Origin: Phoronis australis
Taxonomy: Eukaryota > Animalia > Phoronida
Reading direction: 5' to 3'
Assembly: GCA_002633005.1 (NCBI GenBank)
Contig: NMRA01000232.1
Coordinates: 84,826 to 148,825, forward strand
Length of the DNA stretch: 64,000 nucleotides
The translations under genes and the position numbers were made by a program. The notes beneath the pieces are model-generated. The model was not told where the DNA came from. It saw only the letters and a program-made list of their open reading frames with translations, and did no database searches. Shown in pieces: positions 1 to 12,100 of this stretch (the stretch's first letter is position 1; each line of letters starts with the position of its first letter).

Positions 1-2882
1 TACAACCGAATATGGCTGTGAAATGTAAACTTTGATTATTACATCCATTTGTTGTTATTTTACTCGGAGACTCGGATAGCCCGAACTGCATGGCTTCAAG
101 ACAAGATTGGCAGTGTAATTAATTTTTAACGTTGGGGCAAGACGAACATGCTGTCTGAAAATACCAATGAGATATGTCCTCGAGTCACATGCGAACTGTT
201 AGTAGAGAACCTTAATTGTGAACCGGCGTTAACTAACGTGGCCCACTGCCGGAGTCACGGCTTCAGATTTTTTCATTGAATGGTCGGTGCATGCCTTTTG
301 AGAGTAATAAGACAACAGATGACACTCAGTAACGAAATGCAACGCATAGATATCACCGTCGGTTGTGTTCAACCGAGGATGCTCTGGTGTATATGTAGCC
401 ATGCCAGCCGCATAGTCTGGGCCTCCGCAGAGTCCAACATCTGCGGGATCGGACTTTCGTTAGTTTTTGAATTAAGAAACGACTTATTTCCATACAACGT
501 AAACGCGAAAGTTCCAAAAAGAATTAAACCGGACATACACTCCGCTGATTTAAACCATAGCACTATGGTATTGGCCAGCTTGTTCCCAATTCGAACAACT
601 GAAATACTCCCGTACTAAAACTTTTTCTTCAAAAACACATGCTTCCTTCGTTCAGTTGCCCAAATCGGCAAACTGGCAATTTTTGAACTGCTAGTGCTCC
701 TGTTTTTACACTGAACGAAGGACTGTTCGGAGAAAAAGTTTGATTACGGGAGTATTTGTTCGAGTTTAAAGGAATTTAGGTTGACCCTCTGAAAAGTTTA
801 GTTTCGGGGAGACGATTTCAGAGGCCCGTCGCTTTTCACTTGGATTTGACGTACGGACGGGTTCATATCGTGTCTTCAAAACTCCATGCAGCAGCATCTT
901 TGAAAATTATTGTTTGGTGATGAGACCCTTTTTTGATAATGTAATTACCACGCAGTATTAAAATACCCCGAGCTAAAATTCTTAATAAAAACCTGACACA
1001 ATTATTAACCAAATGGAGTTCATTGATTACACTGACAGAAAATTGATCGCTATCTAATTTGGTTAATGCGAGTTTGAGTCTAATATCGTTCAAATTTAAT
1101 CAACTCAAATCGCATTTCAAGGTACGTAATGCTAAGTTTTCCTTCAAAAATATACCAATTCCCAACCAAAAAGAAAACAATTAGCTGATAATACCATGTT
1201 TTACAAAGAAAATGAAATTTCATGACAGCATTATCTTACACAATTTTGAACGCTTTTCAACGGCAGTTGGTTCTGCATAAGTAAAAACATTTACAATATA
1301 AAAAATGTATTGCAGTTTAAAGGCACTCAAACAGACATTTTAAAAGAGCTCTGTAATTGCAATTACATAACGATAACTAATCACAAAGTTGCATGTAATT
1401 AAAAATTTACAAAGCTGGTCTAAGTTTCATGAAAAGTACTAAGACAGCACAGTTGCTAAAAAGGTTTAGCTAAGTAATTATGAGCTCATCATAGTCTTGA
1501 ATTAAGTTGTAGAAATTATTTTAGTGACCGACTGTTCTCTTTTGCTCAAGTGAGATTTAATTATTTTTCAGAAATAATTGTGTGAAGGGTAAGACTAAAT
1601 TTCTGACTTGAGTCATAAGTCACTTTTCATGAACAATACTACGTGAGAAATTTGGTTGAAAAAACATTGAGATCACAAGAACGCATCGTTTTTGTTTTCA
1701 TAACAGGACACTACATCAGCTAATGGCAACAACTAAAAACAGTTTACCAACGATGTCTGTGATAAACATTAAGTTCCAAAAAACTTAAAATATTCTATAA
1801 GTAAACCTTTTCAAGGTTTTGTTGACATGCACACTCATAATTTCTGATAACCTGTTCAAAACGGGAAATTTACAACCTTGCGTATGCCTCGTACGTCGTA
1901 ACGGCTCAGAAACCACTCTTCTAGATTGATACCGAGGAAAACACGTTCTTTCACATTGGGAGGTGAGAAAATAAGAACCGGCAACAGCCGCCCGGCTCAC
2001 AATGGCTGGCACAATTCGTTGGAATGGGCAACAAACACATGGGTATCGCACCCGACATGGGAACTTTGCTGTCGGTGACTTAACCAACCACTGCATGCCT
2101 GCACCTGCATCGCCCCTAACAATAATTGCATGCTGGCATAAAAGGGCGAATATAAATAAATTTGAGTATAAACGAATAGAAAAACCGTGTGTCCGAAAAC
2201 GAATGTAGACGTATTTCGGGATGCGACTATTATTTGGATAAATGTCTGCGATTGCGAATGATTTCCAGTTCTGCTAGCAATCTGTTTCATTTCATCAACA
2301 ATTCGTTTTTTTGGTGGCTCTTGATTCATAAGTAAGATTTACCTCAGCTTGTATATGGCGACTGAATCACCCTTTGATTAGTTCCAATTCTCCTAGCAAC
2401 TGAGTGACGACACAAGCAGATTTTTATCAACATATGACCACGCAGCAAACAATGTATCGGGCGCTTTCAAAGTGAGTAGTGCTAATTGTCTGACGAAAGT
2501 GATAACAACGAAGTCGACATCATTGAAACGGAGAGAATACGAATATTGGTAAGGTTCCGTACTATGGAAAAACGTTTGAAGGCGTTTCAAAAACGTTTGA
2601 AGGCGTTTCATTCTAATAATTACCTACGCCATTGAAAAGCAGCACACGATTTCCCAATCACCCATTGCCGATTCACTGCTTATGACGTCAAATGGTGGAC
2701 AATAAATAAGGTGTGAGTCGCTGAGAGTTTAGAAAGGCGACTGAACCTCTTGGTATTAGAAATTAATAAACCCACTAATGAAATACTTTTTGATTAGCAT
2801 TGACCCCGGGATTTGTGTTTTGACATTTATTTAATATCTATTATCGACAATCGCCATTGACGATTTTCATGAACTGAATTAT

Positions 2883-5318
2883 TTATACACGGGTTTCCTT
2901 GGTCGTATGACACACACTGGTGCAAAAGTCATCCACAATTTGTATTCTTAATTGTTCCACATCACGTGATCCACTCTGTGGCCTTTTCCTCATGGGATAT
3001 CCATTGACAAGTATGTGTCTAACTGCAAATTCTTCATTGGCACTGTTTTTCACTACTTCTCCCAACATCCTAGCTGAAAGATGAGGAAATAAATATTTCA
3101 ACCTCGCTAATCCAGAGATATAGCCTCTACCCAGTGGTGTCTCGAAACTGAGCTGAGTAACGGTCTCAATTCTTTCCTCAACACCAGTGAACATTCGCCT
3201 CGCTTCAAACCATATGCTTCCCATGTTCCCTGTCTGAAATGCCATAGCATGAATATTTTCCGAAGTTTTTGCAAAATAGATTTTGTAAATAACTATTGAA
3301 ATAAGAAGTACAAGAATGAAAAAGGTTATAATGTACCAATGATTAGAAAACCACTCTCTAACGTGCGTTTGTCCTTCCGCAGAGAACATTTTGACGATAC
3401 GCTTTGTTATCAAATCTTTATAAAGGCAAGTACCCTTGGCATTGCAAAATCCCGTGTCTTGCAGACACAACTGTCCGTTTTTTAAATGAATTTTATCACC
3501 ATGTGACGTGATGTAAGGTTTGCAATGGCTATTAATATCAGAACAACACAGTACACAGTAATGTTCTTCCACGTCGGTGCATTGGCACTGGCTCTTGTTT
3601 TGGCCACATAGGGTCTCGTTACAGACACCTCCGCTGCACAGCTTGGTTCCAAATGCGCACGGCGACCCGTCTTGCAACGGTTTCGGCGCGGGACAATCTG
3701 CACTTAATCCGTCACAAACCGATTTATCTAAGCATGGTTGTTCACTTTCACATACGACCCTTCTCTCGGCAGGAATAGGTTGACAGGTGTCACGATCGCA
3801 ACAAAGTGACGTGCTACTACAAGTGAACCCTCTGTTTCGCTTTAGAGTGCACGGCGATCCCTCCTTTGAATCTTTAGGAATACAACACGGATCAATGAAT
3901 TCGCAGTGTAATTCTTCACCACAGTCGCACACTTCTCCTACTTCCTTCACACCATTGCCACACGTAGCTACCGAGTCTTCTAGAAAACACAAAGGGGCTC
4001 TTCTCAGTAACACTGGTCTGATATTCATAATGCTGCATTGGGAAAAGATCATGTGGTTTGCCTTCTCGCCAGTTCCGGCGAAGGTGTGCATAAGATAATT
4101 CCCAGGATCTCCCCCTGGCGTACAGCCGTATGAGGAAGCACCTGTTGTTCCATCATGTGGACTTCCAAAGGCATGGCCAAGTTCATGAGCCACAGTTATT
4201 GAGGACATCAAACGCGTTATTCTTCGACCGATGTTTAAATTGGTCACAAAAACAGAATTCAAACTTTCCACCTCACCACTTTTATGGGTGTAAGACTTCG
4301 AACAAATTCCCCCGAACTCAGCCGTGGGGTTGGCGCGGTAAGCTAAACCAATAACTGAATCGACCAAGTCTCGATAAGTAAAACACAGGCCAACGCAATA
4401 AGCATCGAATTGATGGTTGGTGGCAAACGTTCTAAGAAATTCCTCAGGCGTAGGATTATCTTTTACGTGAAACGTACTCGTTTCATATACGCTCATTTTG
4501 GCAATCTTGATCCCTATGTTGTCCTCGTCCGCATCACCATCGAAGTCGGTTGACCTAAAGATGGCGTCAGCAACCGCCACATTATGCACCATTTCATTAA
4601 CCGTAATGGCAACACTTCGACGGCCCACATGCTCAAAAAACAGATGGTCTGCTATGGCATGGATGCTGCACGCCATGTTACCTTTAAATGATAGTCTTTT
4701 GAATCTACCATCAGAAATACTCAAATTGGAAAATCTTGGCAGTAATTTAACTGCCTTGAAACCACACCTTGCTGGAAACGAAATGTCGTGGCGCAAGTCT
4801 TTGTCTCTATATATGATAGATTTGAAATGTCGAGAAAAGGTGGAATTGAGATATCTTCGGGAAGGTTCTATGTAAAAGTACGAGTTATCCGTAAGTATAA
4901 CTCCATCAAATTCTGTCTGTGACTCGTCGTATGATCCATAAACGTATGAAGACGATTCCCCAACCATATATCCACTATAGAAATAATTATGTGACAGCAG
5001 ACTTGCAATAGTTTCCATTTTTTTACCGGAGTTACCAATTACCTCAACGGGTACTTTTTGGTCTGTCAACTTCGTGTCACGGGATAATTTCAGGCGGAAG
5101 TGCTTATCAAAAGCTACGAAGTCTAGCTCATACGAATCAGCGTACTCAGCTGATCTCCGTCCCCGACTTCGTGTTCTGATACGAAAGCTGAGGTCAAGAA
5201 TAGGCTGAAAGCACATTAAATTAGAATGATTTACAGGCAAACAACCTTGTAGCAGTCCTACACTTGAAGATATTTCCCACAGCCACCAATACGTCATGAG
5301 AAGGTCTCTTTGAAACAT
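2883..5318 (-). CDS. ADAM10/ADAM17-subfamily disintegrin and metalloproteinase, single-exon ORF
   Basis: Uninterrupted ORF of about 811 aa from the first ATG at 5318 (the track's start at 5330 is TTG). Order: hydrophobic N-terminus, prodomain with cysteine switch PARCG, furin site RFKR, zinc motif HELGHAFGSPHD, Met-turn GNYLMH, disintegrin start CGNGVKEVGEVCDCG, Cys-rich region, TM helix WYIITFFILVLLISIVIY, cytoplasmic tail. It mixes ADAM10-like (GSPHD, DHLFF) and ADAM17-like features, so no symbol is given. Confidence 0.93.
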   Translation of the reverse strand: MFQRDLLMTYWWLWEISSSVGLLQGCLPVNHSNLMCFQPILDLSFRIRTRSRGRRSAEYADSYELDFVAFDKHFRLKLSRDTKLTDQKVPVEVIGNSGKKMETIASLLSHNYFYSGYMVGESSSYVYGSYDESQTEFDGVILTDNSYFYIEPSRRYLNSTFSRHFKSIIYRDKDLRHDISFPARCGFKAVKLLPRFSNLSISDGRFKRLSFKGNMACSIHAIADHLFFEHVGRRSVAITVNEMVHNVAVADAIFRSTDFDGDADEDNIGIKIAKMSVYETSTFHVKDNPTPEEFLRTFATNHQFDAYCVGLCFTYRDLVDSVIGLAYRANPTAEFGGICSKSYTHKSGEVESLNSVFVTNLNIGRRITRLMSSITVAHELGHAFGSPHDGTTGASSYGCTPGGDPGNYLMHTFAGTGEKANHMIFSQCSIMNIRPVLLRRAPLCFLEDSVATCGNGVKEVGEVCDCGEELHCEFIDPCCIPKDSKEGSPCTLKRNRGFTCSSTSLCCDRDTCQPIPAERRVVCESEQPCLDKSVCDGLSADCPAPKPLQDGSPCAFGTKLCSGGVCNETLCGQNKSQCQCTDVEEHYCVLCCSDINSHCKPYITSHGDKIHLKNGQLCLQDTGFCNAKGTCLYKDLITKRIVKMFSAEGQTHVREWFSNHWYIITFFILVLLISIVIYKIYFAKTSENIHAMAFQTGNMGSIWFEARRMFTGVEERIETVTQLSFETPLGRGYISGLARLKYLFPHLSARMLGEVVKNSANEEFAVRHILVNGYPMRKRPQSGSRDVEQLRIQIVDDFCTSVCHTTKETRV

Positions 5319-6974
5319 GTTTGCGCGCAATGCAAGACTATGTTGATAAATTATTGATGTAAGTTTTTACGCTCGCGGCACGCGCGCGGTTTTGCAACGC
5401 TTCGTCTTGCAAAAAATATTCTCCACTCTATGTCCGCTCATACTGTTCGAGTAATGCAGGGTGTAGTATATATCAACATGCTATCAAAACAGGTCCAGTC
5501 GCCTCCACCACAATCGCATTTGTGAGGTTTGAAACCAACTTATTTACAGAAAGGGAAAGCCGATAATTGGTATGTTATATGATTACATCTTCCACTTGGT
5601 AATCGATGGAACGAATCCATGTAAGACCATGTCAATGTTTCCGAAAATTCCGATGTAAAATGGAAGGCAAAATCTACTTTGACGAACTTTGAAGTTTTGA
5701 ATACTCATAATAAAGAACAGTAAAACAATAGTTTCTGAAAGCAGGCCCATTCTCATCGTGGGGTATGTGATTTGTTTCTTTTGGATGTTACTCGTAACCA
5801 TAAAGACGTCTATCCTCATCTAATTGTGTTTAGCAGTCCAGGTTAAATCAAAGTACAAGATGTGAAACCATGAAAACCCTGTGACGACGTCGACAGTAGG
5901 AGGGAGAGTTTTTAATTATATAAAATAAATGAATTGCTTGACTGGGTGGAGAGCAAAGGACACAGGGAGCTAGTAGGTGACTACTGGCGTGTTGAATAAC
6001 TAGGGCAACAACTAGGAAAAAAACAATGTTGAACAAAACTGGCACATTGTTAATTCTAATTGAACCGGATTCGAAGCTTTTGAAGTTAAAAGGTTTTAGT
6101 TAAATATCTATTAGAAATCGCGAGTTTTCATCAATTTTGTTTGTTTCAACAAACATGTCTATTTTAGTTGGCAAAATAAAATTTGACAAAAATAGATGTT
6201 CTAACGGCTACAGTTTTGCTGAAGACACCGATTACATGTGTCGTAAATGGAATTAGAGAATTCTATCTATTTGGAGATATTTTATAAACGGATCAACGAT
6301 CGTGATTCATTTTGAAAAATCGTATACAAAATTTAATTTGAATATAGCCTAAACCTTCTCATTCGGTCAAAAATCTTTAACTGGACACTCGTCGTGTTTC
6401 ACCTATTTGTTTCATATTGACGGCGTCCAGGGCATTCTCGTCTTCATTCTGTTGCATCGTAGTAAGAAACGTATTTCATGACCTCCCAAAATATAATCAA
6501 ATGTCAACGTTTTCATTAATTGTTTCAGCGTGCGATGTATTGACGTAGTGACAGCAACTTACGTACTCAATACATCTATGGTGAAATTGATTGAGCACGT
6601 TCAAATTAATGCACTTTTACATTGGTATCAAACTAACTGTACAGTTTTAAACGTTCAAAAAAATTTCAAGATCAAAAACACTGTTTTATGAGCATCAAGA
6701 ACGCACATGGTCCCGATGCCAGGATTTTGGGGTTAATCTTGGCAACATTCTACTATGAAAAATATTTTTAAAAAAGTTACGTGAAATTCCCATCTTGAGG
6801 TTCTAAAAGTTCCACTCAACTGATTCAACTCCCCTGAGGTTAGAATCTCTTTTGCACACGGTGACGGCCAGAGACAGGGGGTGCTACACTCTCCAAAGGC
6901 ACCTTTCTGGCCTCTCAGATGAGCGAGAGCCCTGCTAAAATGTTGAACTGAACCAAAAGTTAGAAAGGCTCGTG

Positions 6975-7260
6975 AGTATTGATGAACGATGCTGTCAAAG
7001 ACTTTAGAAAGATCCACAAAATGGCAATTGAGTTGTCTAAATATTTCGCTATTTGTATTAGGCACCAACTATTTCAAAAGAGAGTTTGGTTCATAAGCCA
7101 TAGCGAGATTTATAGGAAAAGTTACAATGGAAAAATAAGTGTAAACTTGACCACATCCCCAAAACTCTGTCTTTCGTAGAATAGAAATGACTTTGTGGTG
7201 GAGGGTAGAAAGTTATAAGTTATAATTTAACTTAGCTTTAGTGTACGAGGATTATGTTGA
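6975..7260 (-). mobile_element. Decayed non-LTR retrotransposon RT fragment
   Basis: Translation HFVDLSKVFDSIVH resembles the LINE RT motif FVDLSKAFDSV; the surrounding frame is broken. Confidence 0.55.
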
Positions 7261-9067
7261 CATTTGGGCACAAAAATGCAGAAACAGGTGCCAGCAAAAA
7301 GCAGTATATTTAACACCATGATAACAATAAAAACACGAAAATATCACAGCACACGAACTTTGAAAGTTCATATCGATACAAAAGCAAGCACTTGTTGTAG
7401 AAAATGACATCAAAACTGAATTTCAACATTCGTGGACATGTGCCAGTAAAATTAAAGTATAAAATGAAATGTATACACTGTTTTGAATTTTATAAGCTCA
7501 CCATTGTCAAGAGTAGACAGGCACTGATTTACTTCTACAAGTTTTAATTAGCGGTTTCATTTTGTCAGTAGCATTTAGCACTTGATTAATACGACTTATG
7601 AGGTAAGGCACGTGATCATCTATATTACCATAGACTATTGAACAGGTGTTGTCTATAATCTATGATATCATTTAATAACAGAAAACTTCTAGACATTAAC
7701 ATTTTGGTAGGTTCCATCATACCAGTAACTGCGACCATAGCTTGGAACATTCTAGAGCACATTGGCAGAACAATAGGGTAGATTCTAGAAGATTCTAACA
7801 TGTGCCTGAACTAGTGAAAAGCTCCAGAACACGTATAAATAGTTAAGCAGGAACTGCAAAGTCAGCAGCTTCAGGATCAGCGGCTATTTGTTACGTGAGG
7901 CAGTTATAGAGACAGCAAGTTACTGACACACAAGTCTAACAAGCAGGTTAACATTTCAAAACGAGTTATAACAGCAATCCATATAATTATAAAACGTTAG
8001 TATAACAAATAAATAAATAAATAAAATGAGCCCCCGCAATGATTAATACAGTACCTCTGACCACAAAGCTTTTTAACTCGGACACGACCAAGCACAACCT
8101 TGCACTGGATATTCATGGAAAATTAGCTCAACTTAACTGCTTGCACTTAGGACCCAGATTCTAATCTGGGGCTGTGACTATCCTAAGCTCCAACATGACA
8201 TGTTCGGTTCTACTTCAGTACAAACTTATCAAAGATATGGTGTATAATATCTCCGAACTTAAAGTGGCTGTCATTTTGAGCTCGGGTACTCTTTGGCTTA
8301 TGTGGAATGTCAAATCCGCATTGATGGCCTTTAAAGCCACGAGTTCGAGATCAACATGTACATACTTGGACTAGCAACTTGCCTGTGCAAATTGCGCCAC
8401 ACACACTAATAGATAATCATCAACAGAAAATATCAAAAATGATTTGGAGTTCGAACTTGAGTTTGTAAATTATAACCGAGCTCCGATTATGAAACAGAAT
8501 AGCATAGCAGCGTAAATATAAATTGCATAGCTAAATAGCGTCATCCCTATCTTACTTTGGAAAAAAACAGGAATGAAAATGTCGCGGCCCACTTTAGTTC
8601 CCGAATCGCAGCAAATTTTTTATGAAAATTGTTGAACAGAATACGTTCCCAGAAAAGAGCTGTATTAAAGTTAATACATAAAAAGAGGAGTTCCATGCGC
8701 ACAGGGAATGTTTCTGTAGCAACGGCTTGACAATGTGAAGTTCATGGAAATAATGTTTAAAAATACGAACATGTTATATCGAGTAAAAATGTACCACAAC
8801 TAATACAAAGATATGTAGACGGTTAGTCTAAAGCTCACTCACAAGTGAAAAAAAACAAAAGTTTCAGGATTACACTTCATGTTTTCTTTTAACACTGCGA
8901 GTCAGTGTTCGTGAGTATACACGGCTACATGGCATTGGACCGACTGAAGTTCTTTTAACTCCGACAGCACGTTCTGCCACCGCGAACTCAGTAAATTCCT
9001 GTAGTTCGAGACAGCGCTCAGCTTGGTCCATGCTGTGGTGTTTCATGAGGACTAATCGTCGGAGAAA

Positions 9068-9125
9068 TCACATCAACGTACACGTCTTCGATGACCGTTT
9101 CTGTTTTTGACTGGATTGGTCCTCC
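9068..9125 (-). CDS. NOS: NOS terminal exon 23 ([18 protein letters not shown]), CaaX-encoding
   Basis: Strong acceptor cttttattttcag. Phase 2 joins exon 22 (GT|G = Val), and the frame ends in CTLM-TGA. Confidence 0.72.
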
Positions 9126-12100
9126 CTGAAAATAAAAGTAAGTTTTCGCTCACGGAAAACACTTTACGAATCGTTGTGAATTCATTACAACGCATATACG
9201 AAACGTGCCTCGATATTTAGCTTCCAAAACAGGAAATGAATTAAAGTCCTTCTCTCACGCGTTGTTAACCCTTACTACATGGTTAGAAGATGTTATAAGG
9301 ATCCAACAAGTACCTACCCCATAACTAATACACGATCCCCGTACTCGAAAACAGTTTAAATGAACGCGCCACTCACGATTCGCACCCGAAGAAACACCGC
9401 CATTTTGAACTTGCCGCGAACCCGGAAGTACAATTCATTCAGGAACCCAGGCCGAGAAAACGCCGTCAGTGCGACTGGAGCAGTGCCTGTACTGTTACCA
9501 GCCAGCAAACGGGGATAAAAAAAAATCGACAGCGCGCCTTAATTTTGATAAAATCAAACTACGGACAATTTTATGGAATTTGCTGAAGAAATGTGGCGAA
9601 TAAATTTTGACAGAAATTATTTTGCCAGACTCGGGACCGCAGCCTATCGGACCCGGTGCGGATCGAGACCAGACACTGGCGAACGGTAAATGCATGCGGT
9701 TGCAAGCTGTTTTGTCGAAGTAAAATGGTCAAATGATAAATGCTGCATATATTCAAGGGTAGTTTCAGACACTTGCATGAAATTACGGGCTGGTTAGTCC
9801 TGTGTCACACTGCCGCGGCAGACCTTAGTTAGCCTCAGTCACCAGCTACCAGTGAAGACTATAGTCAAAATACAGCTTGTTAGTAGGCCTACACAGCTTT
9901 GCGCCAAGACTACCCTTAGGCCTAACTGGTCGCTGGCCACAAACACAAAAAACACGAAAATTGAACAAAGTTTCTTTTTTTGTAGCAACGTTTGTCAAAA
10001 TGTATCAACGTTAAATCTTCACAAATTATAAAGTAGCCGATTGAACATGCCTTTCAGTTAAGCAAAACTCGACATTGTAGGTGCCGCCAGAAATGAGACG
10101 AAGTCCAACGGGAATTGTGAGCACATTTTATCACTTAATGAGTAACAACTGCGATGCTGAAATTTGGTGAACACTGCTACTGAAATCGTGCAGAATAGTA
10201 AGTAAGATATGTCTAACTAAATTCCACCGTAATTTGTTGGCGAAAACAATTTACACAAAGTTTTAAACTTGTAACTCATCCCGCTGTCCTCCAATACATA
10301 TGGCCGACGCGATCCAAACAAAGTGACCCAAATTTCGCCACAAAACTTGCAATAACTTTACAGTACTTGCCCCGATTTTGATACTTTTTCGATTTTTACT
10401 GAGTAGAATGTACTACCTTTCCGATCATAGCAAAGTACTTTTTCAAAACGAGGAAAAAAATAAAACCGAAAAAAATTGGTTCGACCCATATTAGTTCCTA
10501 GGTTCGACCCGCCTACGTAAGGAACTAAACACCAATGCTATTTTAACATACTAAGTACGCGTAACATTCCACAAAAAAATCAACGACCACTAACTACAAA
10601 CTATAAATACACTACATATGCAAACGAATCACGATATATTACTAATAAAACAAAATAATGAAGACTTTTCGAGCAAGCCATAGCACATTCAGTTACAAGG
10701 AAAAAATGGCGGCGTTCAGGACAAGTTCCTGAACTGATGAGCCGGAAATGTGGGTCTGGAAATAACCGATGATAATCGGTAATCATACGCTCAGAGAGAA
10801 GGGTCAAATACTGTTAAAAATCGCTTTTGGCAAGAAAGGCGAAAAGAATGTAAAGATAGGGTGTCGAAAATAAGAATTTATGTAGTAAGTATTTTCGGAT
10901 ACTGGAACCACATGGGCAGTTTGCAAGAAGGACTTTAAGCCACTGCGGCTCATACGATTGGTCTCATAATATGCATGCCAGGACTTGGTTTCCATTACCA
11001 ACAAGATTATCAAAACCATCAACAACTAAAAATGCTTCTTTGGAGGCTTGGCTAACCCTAAAATTGCGAATTCGAAAATAGCGCGTGCACGCATTTCGTG
11101 TATCACGGTATCATTCGGCAACATCCGAGGATCACAGGAGGGGGTAATACTTTTAAACATCAAAGTGCTTTTTGGTTTAGAATTCAGCATTGGCAAATAA
11201 GCATCAGGAAATGTTCCTATAAACTTCGAACGGCCTTAGGAAGGCTGGAATGGTAGCCGGTTAGGGTTTTGGATGAGTTCAGTAGCTGTCTAGCGGTTAG
11301 AAAAATCTAGCCAAAATCACGTATTCACATTTAAAATACACGGCGTAATTCTGCTTTTCTTGCGAAGTGCTAGCGTTATTGAACTCTACCTCAGTTATCG
11401 ACTACAACACTCACGACCTGCATGCGTACACTTCTTCTCAAAGAGCTTTTATAACGTTGACTTCAAACGTTTTAGAATCATTTTTTATTTCGATTCTAAA
11501 TGTTTATTGCGCATGCGTACAGCCCTGTCGGTGAGTTTACAGTTGCATGGCCTTGAAGTCCCAGTTAAGTCAAGATTCGGCGTAAATATACTTACACCAC
11601 CTTGTACTTGTTAGTCAGAACCCCGAACACGTCCTCGTGGTAGCGCTTGGTCGTCTAAAATACATAAACAGTGTACACGCAATAAATTGGAAGAAATGGT
11701 ACATCGCTGTAACCATGGTAAGTACATGCAAATATCAACATCACGTGTATGCCTAAGCCTACTGTCCAATCAAAGTGGTGTATTTAAAGTGACAATAAAC
11801 CCATGCATTCCGACAAAAACAACTTTTGATTTTTTGCTTCAGACTAGGCCTATTGTGTTACTTGTCAGGGCGGGTTAGTAAGACAAGGCAATACGGCGGT
11901 CAGGAGAGTTCCAGGCTGTTTCAATTCCAACAAAGAATAAGAAAAAGTTGCTTTGAAAGAACAAGTACATCTGTGAACAAAGTATGAGGTTATTAACCTA
12001 AGAATATGGTTCATAGCGGATTTAAGAGCAATGTTGTCTTCAGTTTCTCAATATCAAAGGACTACAACTGGCGAAACGTTTTTGGTACGCCTCTTGCAAC

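Noticed and set aside
5583-6045. Short hydrophobic ORFs upstream of the ADAM as possible signal-peptide exons
   Set aside because: No convincing donor sites, and the main ORF already has a hydrophobic start and prodomain-like sequence; not excluded without cDNA.
9260-11320. Region with YY1/ETS-like motifs, a hairpin near 10480-10530 and GGTTAG repeats
   Set aside because: Probably decayed repeats, but I could not define termini, TSDs or coding remnants.
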